Numbered from the stretch's first letter, positions 1 through 11,739 are shown. The stretch is 64,000 nt of DNA from an uncultured candidatus Porisulfidus sp. (GCA_965204575.1 OZ241993.1:1752664-1816663); one strand, 5' to 3'. Numbers and translations: made by a program. The notes: generated from the letters alone by a model not told the origin.

Positions 1-1
1 G

Positions 2-514
2 TTGATGGACGAGATTGGTCGCGGCACCAGCACTTTCGACGGGATGGCGCTGGCATTGGGCTGCGCCGAATACCTAGCCACCCGAAACCGGGCCTTCACC
101 CTCTTCTCCACGCACTACTTCGAACTAACCCAACTGGCCGAGATCCATCCCGGAATCGTCAACCTGCACCTGGACGCCACGATGCATGGCCAGCAGATCG
201 TCTTCCTGCACGCCGTCAAGGAAGGACCCGCCAGCCAGAGCTACGGCCTGCAGGTCGCACGCCTCGCGGGCATTCCCACACCGGTGCTGGAGCGGGCCCA
301 GGCATACCTGTTGGAACTCGAGGACGACAGCACCCAGCGTTGGGCGCGCAGCAATCCGCAGAAAGACCTGTTCGTGCCACCCTCCGACCCTCCATCCGTT
401 CCGGCCGCCCTGGAACGCCTCCGCCAGGTCAGGCCCGACCAATTGTCGCCGAAGGAGGCCCTGGACCTGATCTATGAATTGCAGAAACTGGATTCCCCCG
501 AGGATGACGATTGA
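2..514 (+). CDS. mutS: DNA mismatch repair protein MutS, C-terminal part (5' end outside window)
   Basis: [22 protein letters not shown] and [11 protein letters not shown] motifs of the MutS ATPase domain. Confidence 0.97.
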   Translation: MMDEIGRGTSTFDGMALALGCAEYLATRNRAFTLFSTHYFELTQLAEIHPGIVNLHLDATMHGQQIVFLHAVKEGPASQSYGLQVARLAGIPTPVLERAQAYLLELEDDSTQRWARSNPQKDLFVPPSDPPSVPAALERLRQVRPDQLSPKEALDLIYELQKLDSPEDDD

Positions 515-548
515 CTTTGCCGAATCCGGCACCTACGGATAGTTCACG

Positions 549-2783
549 ATGCCGGCTCGATCATTCCTGAAATTGATCCTCGGCAAGCTTGCCGCACCGT
601 GGGTCCAGTTGTACCGAAACGTCCGCCAAGGCTCGGCCCGGCTGCCGGAAGAACTGATCGAACAAGGCCCCCGCATCCGCGCCAGCGCCCGGTACGGCGG
701 GATGGGCGAACGCGAACTGGAACTGCGCATGGAGCAGATCATCGAGCGCATCCTTTCCACTCGACGCCGCGTGCACGAGCCCGCAAAGCAACTGGCCCCC
801 TTCAACCACTTCGAGCAGCGCCGCTTCTTGGATTCCGGGCAGGCCCTGGCCGACCGCGACGTCGAACTCGCCTACCAATTCTTCCATTTCGGCATCCCGT
901 CGCTTCGGCTGATCGATGAGGAACACTGGGACGGCTGGCTCGACCATCTGCGCGCCTGCCACGAGCTGGCCGGAGTCGATGCCGCCGTGCACGCCATGCA
1001 GGAAGTCGAAGGCTACCTGCAGAAAATCCTCGGTGGCGCCCGCGCCATCCGTCTCAACGACGTGGAGCGGCTGGTCGAGTCGCTGCTGGTCGGCTTCGGC
1101 GGACGGCCGCTCAAAGTCGGAATCGCCCCGGAGCCGTACACCGACACGGAAACCGTCTACCTGCCCGAACTGATGGATGCCTGCGGCACCCGGGAGGAAA
1201 ACTTCGAATTGCTCAAGGCTACCGCCGCGTACCTGTGGGCGCAAACCCGGTACGGGACATACCGGGCGCCCGCCGACGCCTTCGCCGGCTATTCGGACCG
1301 CGGCCGCGCCCGCCGCTACTTCCACGCACTGGAAATGCTCCGTTTGGATGCCCGGATCCGGCGCGGCATGCCCGGCATCGGCCGCATCCTCAAGCGCCAC
1401 AACCCGCCCGACGCATGGACGGGACTGCCCGACACATGGACGGCCGCCGTCGCGGAAATCTCGGATCCGAAAGCCACGGTCGAAGACTCTCTTCGCCTGC
1501 TCGAAGGGCTCTACCCGACCGCGGTCACGCTCCCGGAGATCCCGTACCAGGGCGTGCTGCGCCCGGAACTGGCCTCCGAAATCCTGATCAAACGGGTGGA
1601 CGAGGAGCAGCATCAACTGGCGAATGCCCTGCTCAGCCTGAAGAAGGAACTGTCTCCTTTCCAGTCCGAGAAGGAACAAAACGAACGTTTCACCGTGCGC
1701 AGGGAGCAGAATCAGGTGGCCGACGAATTCGCGTTTTCCCTGGAACTCGGCGACGAAACCGTCACTCCGCCCGAGAATATCCAGCAACTGCTCGAGTCCA
1801 TCATCCAGGACCTCGGGGAAATCCCCGACGAGTATCTTGAGCCAGCCGGCGCCGGCGCCTATCCCCCGGCTTCGGAAGAACCGGAGGATGCGTCTTCGCC
1901 CGCGAGCGGAGATGCGGATTACGTCTACCCGGAGTGGGATCATTCCCGCCAGAAGTACCGGGCCGACTGGTGCCAGTTGTATGAACGCCCGATCACCGGC
2001 GCCAGCGAACAGTTCGCACAGGACACGCTGGACCGGCACCGCCGCCTGCTCGCCGGGCTCCGGCGCACGTTCGAGGCCCTGCGCGACGAGGAAAAACGCG
2101 TCCGTCGGGAAATGCACGGTGACGAGGTGGACCTGGACAGCTTCATCAACGCCTACAGCGACTATGTCGGCGGCTCGGAACTGGACGAACGTTTATTCAC
2201 CCGCATGAAAAAACTGGACCGCGACATCGCCGTGATGTTCCTGGTCGACATGAGCAGCTCCACGTCCGGCTGGATCAACAACCTGATGCGCGAGGCGCTG
2301 GTGCTGCTGTGCGGGGCGCTGGAAGCGTTGGGGGACCGCTACGCGATCTACGGATTTTCCGGGCGCACCCATCGCAATTGCGAGTTGTATCCGATCAAGG
2401 ACCTGGATGAGGCCTACGGCGGCGACGTCCGCCGCCGCATCAGCGGCATTACGCCCCGGAACTACACCCGCATGGGCGTGATGATCCGCCATCTCACGCA
2501 ACTGCTCAAGGACACGGAAGCCCGAACCCGCTTGCTGATCACGCTGTCCGACGGCAAGCCGGACGACCAGGACGGCTACCGGGGCACTTACGGCATCGAG
2601 GATACCCGCCAGGCGCTGAACGAGGCCCGGCATTTGGGAATCCACCCGTATTGCATTACCATAGACAAAGCGGGCATGGAGTACCTCCCGCACATGTACG
2701 GGACCTCTAATTTTGCCGTAGTGAGCCGCATCGAGAAACTCCCGACCAAAGTGTCCGACATCTACCGCCGCATTACCCTATGA
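549..2783 (+). CDS. CbbO/NorD-like von Willebrand factor A domain protein (AAA+ adaptor)
   Basis: YPEWD..Y..DWC motif, MIDAS LVDMSSST, YTRMG..IRH, LSDGKPDD, YGIEDTR and CITID motifs typical of CbbO/NorD. Confidence 0.85.
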   Translation: MPARSFLKLILGKLAAPWVQLYRNVRQGSARLPEELIEQGPRIRASARYGGMGERELELRMEQIIERILSTRRRVHEPAKQLAPFNHFEQRRFLDSGQALADRDVELAYQFFHFGIPSLRLIDEEHWDGWLDHLRACHELAGVDAAVHAMQEVEGYLQKILGGARAIRLNDVERLVESLLVGFGGRPLKVGIAPEPYTDTETVYLPELMDACGTREENFELLKATAAYLWAQTRYGTYRAPADAFAGYSDRGRARRYFHALEMLRLDARIRRGMPGIGRILKRHNPPDAWTGLPDTWTAAVAEISDPKATVEDSLRLLEGLYPTAVTLPEIPYQGVLRPELASEILIKRVDEEQHQLANALLSLKKELSPFQSEKEQNERFTVRREQNQVADEFAFSLELGDETVTPPENIQQLLESIIQDLGEIPDEYLEPAGAGAYPPASEEPEDASSPASGDADYVYPEWDHSRQKYRADWCQLYERPITGASEQFAQDTLDRHRRLLAGLRRTFEALRDEEKRVRREMHGDEVDLDSFINAYSDYVGGSELDERLFTRMKKLDRDIAVMFLVDMSSSTSGWINNLMREALVLLCGALEALGDRYAIYGFSGRTHRNCELYPIKDLDEAYGGDVRRRISGITPRNYTRMGVMIRHLTQLLKDTEARTRLLITLSDGKPDDQDGYRGTYGIEDTRQALNEARHLGIHPYCITIDKAGMEYLPHMYGTSNFAVVSRIEKLPTKVSDIYRRITL

Positions 2784-3517
2784 ACACGATTTACCCCCAT
2801 GGAATCCGCATTGGCCTGGCACTGACACTGGTGCTGGCGCTGACCGGCTGCAAAACCGACCTCTTCAGCACTCAGGACATCCCCGAGGAAGTCAAGAGAA
2901 TCGCCAAAACCAGCGTGGACTACGCCTTGGACGCACACCTGAACGCGACCACCGGGGGGCTCGAAGAACTGATGCGGGAGTTGTACCGGCTCAACCCCGG
3001 GGAACTGGAGAAAATGCCAGGCGCCACGGTCGACGAGCGGGTCGCCCTGGTGCTGCCGAACCGCACTTACGACGAGTTGCGATTCGGAGAACTGGACAGC
3101 CACCGCAGCACCGAAGCGATGCAGCTGGCATTCGAGCCCCGCTTCATCGGCGACCGGGTTTTCGCGCTGATGGTCGGCATCGTCAGCCAGATGCGGGTCG
3201 CGTACAACGACAAGCTGGAATTTTTCGCGCTGAACCGGCTGGATTCCGAGAATCTCGAGAACTTCGCCAACAACCTGGAAATCGTCCGCGTCAGCCTGGA
3301 ACGCCGGACCGGGCCGGATGGCCAGCCGATCATACGGTACGAGGGCGACGCCCAACTCCTGGAATCGGGGCTTCCCAGGCCGACTTCCAAGCAGATCCTG
3401 GATCGGCTCGTCGGGCACCAGCGGGTGCTGGTCAGCATCGCGCATGGCTGGCGGGACCGCGCTCACCAGGCCGCAGTGAGGACGATGGGCGCCGTCATCA
3501 TGCTGCCTATCCCCTAA
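2780..3517 (+). CDS. Hypothetical lipoprotein
   Basis: Hydrophobic signal ending in lipobox LTGC; ATGA overlap with upstream gene. Confidence 0.7.
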   Translation: MNTIYPHGIRIGLALTLVLALTGCKTDLFSTQDIPEEVKRIAKTSVDYALDAHLNATTGGLEELMRELYRLNPGELEKMPGATVDERVALVLPNRTYDELRFGELDSHRSTEAMQLAFEPRFIGDRVFALMVGIVSQMRVAYNDKLEFFALNRLDSENLENFANNLEIVRVSLERRTGPDGQPIIRYEGDAQLLESGLPRPTSKQILDRLVGHQRVLVSIAHGWRDRAHQAAVRTMGAVIMLPIP

Positions 3518-3530
3518 GCCCCCCACGCGC

Positions 3531-4489
<959 letters not shown>

Positions 4490-4492
4490 AAT

Positions 4493-5200
4493 TCAGAGCC
4501 GACTCTCCGAAGTCGGCGGCTCGGCCAACACCTCGCGCACGAACGGCACGGTAATACGCCGCTGCTGGCTCAGCGAGGCCTGCTCCAACCGGTCCAGCAA
4601 CTGGCAGAGTTGCCCCAGACCGCGGACCACATGGCGCTGCATGTAGCGCACCGCATCCTCCGGCAGGTCGTACCCCTGGCTGTGCGCGCGGCGGCGCAAC
4701 GCTTCGGATTGCCGTTCGTCATCCAGAGGCTGCAGCGGAAACGACACGGCGCCGCGGAGCCGGGAACGCAGGTCGGGCAACTCCACCGACACGCTTGCCG
4801 CAGGCCGGCGCGCCGCCATCAGCAGGCTGGCGCCATGATCCATCGCCTGGTTGACCAAGCCGAACAGCCGGTGCTCCCAGTCTCCTTGCTCCAGCACGGC
4901 ATCCACGTCATCCAGGCAAATCCACAGGCACTGCTCCAAGCCGTCCAGGGTTTCCGGGCCCAGTTCCCGCATCTGCTTCAGCGGCAGATAGGCCGCGGAC
5001 TCCTCCCGGGTCTTCGCCTGATGGCAGACCGCTTGTAGCAGGTGCGTCTTTCCGCTGTCTTGAGGACCATGCAGCCACAAGGACCCGCCCTGTCGCGGCA
5101 AGGATTCCAGCGCGTCGAGAATTCCCGCGTTGCCGTCCGTGCAGAAATTGGCAAAGGTATGCCGCGGATTGGAGCCAAGCGGCAGAATCAATTGGCTCAT
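4493..5200 (-). CDS. hda: DnaA regulatory inactivator Hda
   Basis: N-terminal clamp-binding-like QLILP, Walker A-like SGKTHLL, LPDLRSRL; conserved position near purM; start set at ATG 5200. Confidence 0.93.
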   Translation of the reverse strand: MSQLILPLGSNPRHTFANFCTDGNAGILDALESLPRQGGSLWLHGPQDSGKTHLLQAVCHQAKTREESAAYLPLKQMRELGPETLDGLEQCLWICLDDVDAVLEQGDWEHRLFGLVNQAMDHGASLLMAARRPAASVSVELPDLRSRLRGAVSFPLQPLDDERQSEALRRRAHSQGYDLPEDAVRYMQRHVVRGLGQLCQLLDRLEQASLSQQRRITVPFVREVLAEPPTSESRL

Positions 5201-5748
5201 TGGGAAGCGTCCCCGGGATCCGCCAGCAATCCGCCCCAGACCAGCATGTACCCGATCCCGCTGACGAACGTAGCGATCACGGTCGCCCACAACAGGGCAT
5301 CAAGCAGCATCGGCGGCAGAACGGCCAGCTGGTTTCCCATCAGCGCGAATACCATGACGATCTGTACGAAAGTATTAATTTTCCCGACTTTCAGAACTGC
5401 GGTTTTCTGACCAGGATGGAGCAGGTAATTCAGTAGGGTCCCCCCGACGACCATGACATCGCGCCCCACCACCAGCGCCACCAGCCATACCGGCAGCAAT
5501 TCCAGATGGCCCAGGACCACGAAGGCAGCCACCAGCATCACCTTGTCCGCGAGCGGGTCCAGCCCCGCCCCCAGGGCGCTTGAGGCCTTCAAGTAGCGGG
5601 CCAGGAAACCGTCCAGGGCATCCGATATGCCCATCACGATAAACAGGATCAGTGCCAAGCTGAACTGCTGTTCCAGCAGTAGCATTGCGAACCACGGCAC
5701 CAGAAGCAGGCGCAGGACACTAATCAGGTTGGGAATATGCTGAATCAT
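5197..5748 (-). CDS. CDP-alcohol phosphatidyltransferase family protein
   Basis: PNLIS..R and SDALDGFLAR..G..LDPLADK signature. Confidence 0.92.
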   Translation of the reverse strand: MIQHIPNLISVLRLLLVPWFAMLLLEQQFSLALILFIVMGISDALDGFLARYLKASSALGAGLDPLADKVMLVAAFVVLGHLELLPVWLVALVVGRDVMVVGGTLLNYLLHPGQKTAVLKVGKINTFVQIVMVFALMGNQLAVLPPMLLDALLWATVIATFVSGIGYMLVWGGLLADPGDASQ

Positions 5749-5778
5749 AACTACTTAATATTTTAATGCAGGAGTAAA

Positions 5779-6831
5779 ATGGCGCGCGTACCGAGTGGTT
5801 CCGTGCCAGAAAAAGAATCTTCTGCTTCCGCCTACCGGGAAGCCGGGGTCGATATCGACGCCGGCAACCGCTTGGTGAAACGCCTTGCTCCGCTTGCGAA
5901 GCAGACCTTCAACGAACACGTCCTCAGCGATCTCGGCGGATTCGGCGGGCTCTACCAGCTAGCGCAGGATTACACGCAGCCCGTGCTGGTCTGCGGTACG
6001 GACGGGGTCGGCACCAAACTGCTTCTGGCTCAAAAGCTCCAGCAGCACGAAACCATTGGCATCGACCTCGTGGCCATGTGCGCGAACGACGTCCTGACGC
6101 ACGGCGCACGCGCCCTGCTGTTCCTCGACTATTACGCCTGCGGGACGCTGAACATGGAGGAAGCGGAAGACGTGATCCGCGGAATCGCGGCGGGATGTCA
6201 GCAGGCCGGCTGCGTCCTGCTCGGCGGGGAGACGGCCGAAATGCCTCGGCTCTACCGCCCGGGCGACTACGACCTTGCCGGGTTCTGTGTCGGTCTCGCA
6301 GACCGCGACCGCCTGCTCCCTCGCCCGGATATCCAGCCGGGTGATGTTTTGGTCGGGATGGACTCCAGCGGTGTGCACGCCAACGGCTTCTCTCTCGTCA
6401 ACCGCCTGCTGGAGACAGTGCCGGAGGACCCGGACCGGCTGGAAGCGCTACTGCAACCCACCACGATTTACGAACCGCACCTTCGGGAAGCCATCGATTC
6501 CGGGAAAGTCCTGGCGCTGGCCCACATTACGGGCGGCGGCCTGACTGAAAACGTCCCGCGCGTCCTGCCGGAAGGCCTGTCCGCGCAAATCGACATCGAA
6601 AGCTGGACGCGCCCGGAGTTGTTCGACTGGATACAGTCGGAGGGCAACGTGGACGAAGAAGAGATGCGGCAGATTTTCAACTGCGGAATCGGCATGATCG
6701 CGCTGGTCCGTTCGGAAGACGCAAAAACCGTAGCGCAGGCCATCCAATCCACCGGATTGGGGGCCCGAATCATCGGTGAAATCATTGCCTGGAAAGGCCC
6801 GGCTCAAACAATTTATAATACGCGACCATGA
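5779..6831 (+). CDS. purM: Phosphoribosylformylglycinamidine cyclo-ligase
   Basis: GVDIDAG, TDGVGTK, GGETAEMP and AHITGGGL motifs. Confidence 0.97.
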   Translation: MARVPSGSVPEKESSASAYREAGVDIDAGNRLVKRLAPLAKQTFNEHVLSDLGGFGGLYQLAQDYTQPVLVCGTDGVGTKLLLAQKLQQHETIGIDLVAMCANDVLTHGARALLFLDYYACGTLNMEEAEDVIRGIAAGCQQAGCVLLGGETAEMPRLYRPGDYDLAGFCVGLADRDRLLPRPDIQPGDVLVGMDSSGVHANGFSLVNRLLETVPEDPDRLEALLQPTTIYEPHLREAIDSGKVLALAHITGGGLTENVPRVLPEGLSAQIDIESWTRPELFDWIQSEGNVDEEEMRQIFNCGIGMIALVRSEDAKTVAQAIQSTGLGARIIGEIIAWKGPAQTIYNTRP

Positions 6832-7463
6832 TCCCGATGGCGATCTTGTTCTCCGGCGAGGGAACAAACCTACAAGCCCTGATCGATGCGGTCCACCAGC
6901 GCCGCATCTACGCTGAAATTCGCTGTGTTATCAGCAACAAACCGCAGGCGCACGGGCTGGACCGTGCCCGCGCAGCCGGGATCGAGACGCTGGTCATCGG
7001 CGACTCCGACCGCGTTGCCCGGGAAGAAAAAACACTCGCGGCCCTGCAGGAACGCGGCGTCGAACTGGTCTGCCTGGCCGGCTACATGCGTGTCCTGTCC
7101 GAAATCATGGTCGGCCCCTATCTCGGGCGCATGCTCAACATCCACCCCTCCCTGCTTCCGGCCTACCGCGGCGCGAACACTCACCGCCGGGTCTTGGAGG
7201 CTGGGGAAAAACACCACGGGTGCAGCGTGCACTTCGTCACCGTAGACCTGGATGAAGGCCCGTTGATCATCCAGGCGAGCGTACCCGTGCACTTAGACGA
7301 TACCGAAAGAGCGCTGGCTCTTCGAGTATTGGAACAGGAACACCTGATCCTGCCTCTGGCGGTCCAGTGGTTCTGCGACGGCCTCCTGCGCCTGCAGGAC
7401 GGAGCCGTCCACCTTCGCGGAGAACGGCTTGACGAACCGTTGATTTATGAGGCTGGTCCCTAG
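6828..7463 (+). CDS. purN: Phosphoribosylglycinamide formyltransferase
   Basis: SGEGTNLQA, LAGYMRVL, NIHPSLLP and LDEGP motifs. Confidence 0.97.
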   Translation: MIPMAILFSGEGTNLQALIDAVHQRRIYAEIRCVISNKPQAHGLDRARAAGIETLVIGDSDRVAREEKTLAALQERGVELVCLAGYMRVLSEIMVGPYLGRMLNIHPSLLPAYRGANTHRRVLEAGEKHHGCSVHFVTVDLDEGPLIIQASVPVHLDDTERALALRVLEQEHLILPLAVQWFCDGLLRLQDGAVHLRGERLDEPLIYEAGP

Positions 7464-8157
7464 CCTCTGCGGCCTTCTCCTCTTTGGCTTGTCCGCTGCC
7501 GCTGCGGACACGACCCAAGCCACCTACGACCTTTACTACCAAGGTACGCGGACCGGGACCATCACCGTCACCGTCACGCGCGAAACAGCCCACACCTACT
7601 ACAAGGCCATTGCGAAACCGAACTGGCTGGCCCGCCTGTTGGGCCTGGACACCATCATCGAGCGCGGCACCATGAGCAGCGAAGATCTGCAACCCCAAGA
7701 GTACTTCTATCACGATTCAGGCCGGGGACGTCACTACCGATACGTCTACGACTGGTCTCACGGCCAGGTTCTCATCACGACCCATGAAAGCGAATCCGTC
7801 GAACCGCTCGGGGACAACACGCTGGATCCCGCCGCCATGGCCGTGCGTCTGCTCCGTGACCTGCCCAGCCCCTCGCCCAACTACAGTGTCCTCTCCAAAG
7901 GCCTGCTCAAGGTGTATCGTTTCGAGGCTCCGGTGTTGGAACCCCTCGAAGTGCTGGGCCAAGAGCGGCTGGTCTGGAAGGTGGTCCGCATCCGCGGAAG
8001 CGCCGAGGACTCGCGCATCATCACCTGGCACGATCCCAAGCGCGACCAGTGGATGGTTCGCACCGTGCGCATGGAGGACGGCAAGGAAAAGGTCCGGCTT
8101 GAGCTGGCCAGCCTGAATCAGTCAGACGCCAGCAATCTGCATCCGGTCGACCAGTAA
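7447..8157 (+). CDS. DUF3108-like exported protein
   Basis: Signal peptide, beta-rich sequence, usual position downstream of purN. Confidence 0.65.
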   Translation: MRLVPSLCGLLLFGLSAAAADTTQATYDLYYQGTRTGTITVTVTRETAHTYYKAIAKPNWLARLLGLDTIIERGTMSSEDLQPQEYFYHDSGRGRHYRYVYDWSHGQVLITTHESESVEPLGDNTLDPAAMAVRLLRDLPSPSPNYSVLSKGLLKVYRFEAPVLEPLEVLGQERLVWKVVRIRGSAEDSRIITWHDPKRDQWMVRTVRMEDGKEKVRLELASLNQSDASNLHPVDQ

Positions 8158-9462
8158 CGCTCCGGTCTGAAGAGAACCGCGGCGGTCCCGCTCCGCTCCG
8201 ACCGCGACGACACCGCGGTACATGTCCGGCAGGGAACCGGCGATGGTGATTTCATGCACGGGATGCGCCACGGCACCATTCTCGACCCAGAATCCCGCCG
8301 CACCGCGGGAGTAGTCACCGGTCACCGGGTTGACGCCCTGCCCCATCAGCTCCGTCACCACCAATCCCCGCCCGAGGCGCTGCAACAATTCATCCCAGGA
8401 CAGCGCGGGTTCCCGGGATTCCAATACGAGATTCCGGACTCCGCCGGCATTGCCGGTAGAGGCCAGTCCGAGCCTGCGTGCGGAATAACTGCTCAGAAAC
8501 CACCCGCGCAGGATGCCGTTCTCCACCACGACCCGCTCCTGCGTTGCCACGCCTTCCGCGTCAAACGGCGCGCTGGCCGCCCCCCCAGCCTCATGCGGAT
8601 GTTCGGCCAGGGTGATTTCCTCCGCCCAGACCTGTTCATCCTTCCGGCCAAGCAGGAAAGACGCCTCATGGTAGAGCGCCTGGCCGCTGGCTGCACCCAC
8701 GAAATGTCCGAGCAGCGACCGCGCGACCGGGGCTTCGAACAATACCGGCGCGACGCAACTGGCAAGCGGTCGGGCTCCCAAGCGACGTACCGTTCGCTCT
8801 GCCGCAATGCGCCCCACCGTCCCGGGATCCTGCATCTTGCGCCAGTCGCAGTGGGTGCTGTGCCAGTAATCCCGCTCCTGCGCTCCGGCCTCGTCTGCCG
8901 CCACGACACAGCAACTGAGGTCGTGGCTGCTGCGCCGGTAGGCGCCCATGAAACCCAGGCTGTTGCCAAGCACCCGGATGCCGTCATAGCGGCGGACCTC
9001 CGCCCCTTCCGAGTTTGCGATACGGGCATCGGCGCGCGCGGCATCTTCGCACTCAAGCGCGAGACGGACGGCTTCGTCGCTATCGAGGTCCCAGGGATGA
9101 TAAAGGCCCAGCTCCGGGTATTCGAAGGCCAGCCGGCCTTCATCCGGCAGGCCGTGGCAGGGATCTTCCTCCGTGCTGCGGGCGATCTGGCAGGCCGCTT
9201 CGACCGTGCGTTCGACCGAGTCTTCGCGCAAGTCCGTGCTGGAGGCATGGCCGCGCCGCTGGTCAAAGTAGGCGGTGATGGATAAGCCTTGATCCTGCTC
9301 GTGTTCGACGGTCTCAAGTTCGCCAAGCCGCACCGAGACCGTCAGGCCTTCACCGCGCTCCAGCGAAACCGCCGCGGCGGTCGCCCCTTGCCGGCGGGCC
9401 TGGTCCAATGCTTGCTGAACGCACGTGCGCAGATCCTGCGCCGAGGCGGATTCAGCCGTCAT
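8122..9462 (-). CDS. pmbA: Metalloprotease PmbA (TldE)
   Basis: PFDAEGV, STGNAGG and MGQGVNPVTGDYSRGAAGFW motifs. Confidence 0.95.
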   Translation of the reverse strand: MTAESASAQDLRTCVQQALDQARRQGATAAAVSLERGEGLTVSVRLGELETVEHEQDQGLSITAYFDQRRGHASSTDLREDSVERTVEAACQIARSTEEDPCHGLPDEGRLAFEYPELGLYHPWDLDSDEAVRLALECEDAARADARIANSEGAEVRRYDGIRVLGNSLGFMGAYRRSSHDLSCCVVAADEAGAQERDYWHSTHCDWRKMQDPGTVGRIAAERTVRRLGARPLASCVAPVLFEAPVARSLLGHFVGAASGQALYHEASFLLGRKDEQVWAEEITLAEHPHEAGGAASAPFDAEGVATQERVVVENGILRGWFLSSYSARRLGLASTGNAGGVRNLVLESREPALSWDELLQRLGRGLVVTELMGQGVNPVTGDYSRGAAGFWVENGAVAHPVHEITIAGSLPDMYRGVVAVGAERDRRGSLQTGALLVDRMQIAGV

Positions 9463-10912
9463 GCATCCGGGTCCCCCCGACTGTCAACTCGTCGACCCGC
9501 AACGTCGGCTGGCCAACGCCCACCGGGACCTGCTGCCCGTCCTTGCCGCAGGTGCCGATCCCATCGTCGAGCTCCAGGTCGTCGCCGACCATGCTGACGC
9601 GCCGCAGCACGCTGGGGCCGTCTCCGATCAGGGTCGCCCCCTTCACGGGGTGGGCAATCTTTCCATCCTTGATCAGATAAGCCTCGGAAGCGGAAAACAC
9701 GAATTTGCCGGACGTGATGTCTACTTGTCCGCCATTGAATCCGACCGCATACAGCCCATGGTCGACCGACACCAGGATCTCTTCCGGTGAATGGGCGCCC
9801 GCCTGCATGTAGGTGTTGGTCATGCGCGGCATCGGCTGGTATGCGTAGGATTCGCGACGACCGTTGCCAGTCGAACGGGTCTTGCAAAGACGCGCATTGT
9901 GGCGGTCGTACAGGTAGCCGCGCAAGATGCCGTCCTCGATCAGGACCGTGTTCTGGGTCGGGGTTCCCTCGTCATCCATGCGCAACGATCCGCGGCGATC
10001 CGGCAAGGTGCCGTTGTCCACGACCGTAACCTCGGGACTGGCCACACGCTGGCCCATCAGGTGGGTGAACGCCGAAGTGCCCTTGCGAACCGCGTCGCCC
10101 TCCAGGCCGTGTCCTATGGCCTCGTGCAGCAGCACGCCGGGCCAACCGTGCCCGAGCACCACGGTCATGGTGCCGGCCGGGGCTTCCTGGGATTCCAGGT
10201 TGAGCAATGCCACGCGTACGGCTTCCTGCGCGAACCGGGCCGGTGCCCCGGTCTCCAGTAACCGGCTGTATCCATAGCGCCCGCCCCCACCATGTCCGCC
10301 GACTTCACGCCGCCCGTCCCGTTCGGCAATAACGCTGACGTTCAGGCGCACCAGCGGGCGGATGTCGGTCTGGTACACGCCTTCCGTCGAGGCGATCAGG
10401 ATCACCTCGTAGGCGGATGCCAGCGTCGCCGTCACTTTCTTGACCTCGGGAGCCAATCCACGGGCGGTTTCATCCACTTCGCGCAACAGGGCGATCTTCT
10501 GCTCCATGTCCAGGTTCTGCAGCGGATTGTCGTAGCCGCAAACGGCAGGCGGCGGAGTCGAGGAGGACTGCGGCAAGCGGGCCTGCCGCTCGCCGTGCGC
10601 GATGGAACGCGCGGCCCGGGCCGCCTCCAGCAACTGTTCGGGGCTCAGTTCCTCGGAATACGCGAACCCGGTCTTCTCACCCAGTGCCGCACGGACACCG
10701 GCACCTTGTTCCAGGGTAAAAGCCGCATCCTTGACGATTCCGTTCTCGATCGTCAGCGATTCGTGCTGTGAATGCTGCAGGTACACGTCTGCATAATCGC
10801 AGGCCCGCGACCAGGCATGCGCAAGGGTCTGCTCCAGCGTTTGCGGCGTCAGTTCCCCCGGATCCAGGAGGTAACGCCGGACCGCGCCGTCGGTTACGCG
10901 TTCATCTGGCAC
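9452..10912 (-). CDS. tldD: Metalloprotease TldD
   Basis: LLHEAIGHGLEGD, PRMTNTYM and GTCGKDGQQVPVGVGQP motifs. Confidence 0.96.
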   Translation of the reverse strand: MPDERVTDGAVRRYLLDPGELTPQTLEQTLAHAWSRACDYADVYLQHSQHESLTIENGIVKDAAFTLEQGAGVRAALGEKTGFAYSEELSPEQLLEAARAARSIAHGERQARLPQSSSTPPPAVCGYDNPLQNLDMEQKIALLREVDETARGLAPEVKKVTATLASAYEVILIASTEGVYQTDIRPLVRLNVSVIAERDGRREVGGHGGGGRYGYSRLLETGAPARFAQEAVRVALLNLESQEAPAGTMTVVLGHGWPGVLLHEAIGHGLEGDAVRKGTSAFTHLMGQRVASPEVTVVDNGTLPDRRGSLRMDDEGTPTQNTVLIEDGILRGYLYDRHNARLCKTRSTGNGRRESYAYQPMPRMTNTYMQAGAHSPEEILVSVDHGLYAVGFNGGQVDITSGKFVFSASEAYLIKDGKIAHPVKGATLIGDGPSVLRRVSMVGDDLELDDGIGTCGKDGQQVPVGVGQPTLRVDELTVGGTRMHDG

Positions 10913-11739
10913 GTCAGCCTCCGGTTGTGGATGCTGGGAAAGTTTTTCCGAATCTCTTCAAGCCGCTGTCGATCGATGTCCGCGACGACCACGCCCGCCC
11001 CGTGAGCACGTTCCCCCTTGATCGAACCCCAAGGATCAATGATCATGGAATGCCCATGGGTCTCGCGCCCGTTCAAGTGGTAGCCGCCCTGCGCGCTGGC
11101 AACCAGGTAGACCAGGTTCTCGATTGCGCGGGCGCGCAACAGGCTCTCCCAATGCGCCTTGCCCGTCAACGCCGTGAACGCGGCAGGCAGCGTAATGATC
11201 TCCACCCCCTGATCCAGGAGCGCGCGGAACAGTTCCGGGAATCGCAGGTCGTAGCAAACGGTCAGCCCGATACGTCCGAACGGGGAATCCGCGACGACCA
11301 ACTCGTTTCCGCTGCGGATGGTCGCGGACTCGTTGTAGCTCTCCCCGCTGGCGACCAGCGTCACATCGAACAGGTGGATTTTGTCGTAGCGCGCCCGGAT
11401 TTCCCCCCGGTCATCGAACAGCATGCATGCGGCCGCCGTCTTGTCATCGACCCCGCAGTGCAGCGGGAGGGTTCCTCCCACGATCCAGATCTGGTGCCGA
11501 CGGCACTGCTTGCGGATGAACTCCTGGATCGGCCCGTCTCCCGGCAGTTCCCGGTATTGCAGGATGTCCTTGTCCTGCAGGCCCATCATGGCAAAGTTCT
11601 CGGGCAGGACCACCAGCCGCGCGTCGTCCTCGACCGCTGTTTTGATCAGACGCCCGGCCTCCAGCAGATTGGCATCCAGGTTAGGGCCGGAAGCCATTTG
11701 TACCGCAGCAACCCTGTCCATAGTCCCTCGCAAGATCAA
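10894..11739 (-). CDS. Carbon-nitrogen hydrolase family protein (Nit1-like)
   Basis: LPENF, YDKIHLFDV and VCYDLRFPE catalytic triad motifs. Confidence 0.93.
   Translation of the reverse strand: MILRGTMDRVAAVQMASGPNLDANLLEAGRLIKTAVEDDARLVVLPENFAMMGLQDKDILQYRELPGDGPIQEFIRKQCRRHQIWIVGGTLPLHCGVDDKTAAACMLFDDRGEIRARYDKIHLFDVTLVASGESYNESATIRSGNELVVADSPFGRIGLTVCYDLRFPELFRALLDQGVEIITLPAAFTALTGKAHWESLLRARAIENLVYLVASAQGGYHLNGRETHGHSMIIDPWGSIKGERAHGAGVVVADIDRQRLEEIRKNFPSIHNRRLTCQMNA

Noticed and set aside
8122-11739. tldD-pmbA-nitrilase as a RiPP/microcin maturation cluster
   Set aside because: Common housekeeping arrangement; no precursor, YcaO or transporter nearby
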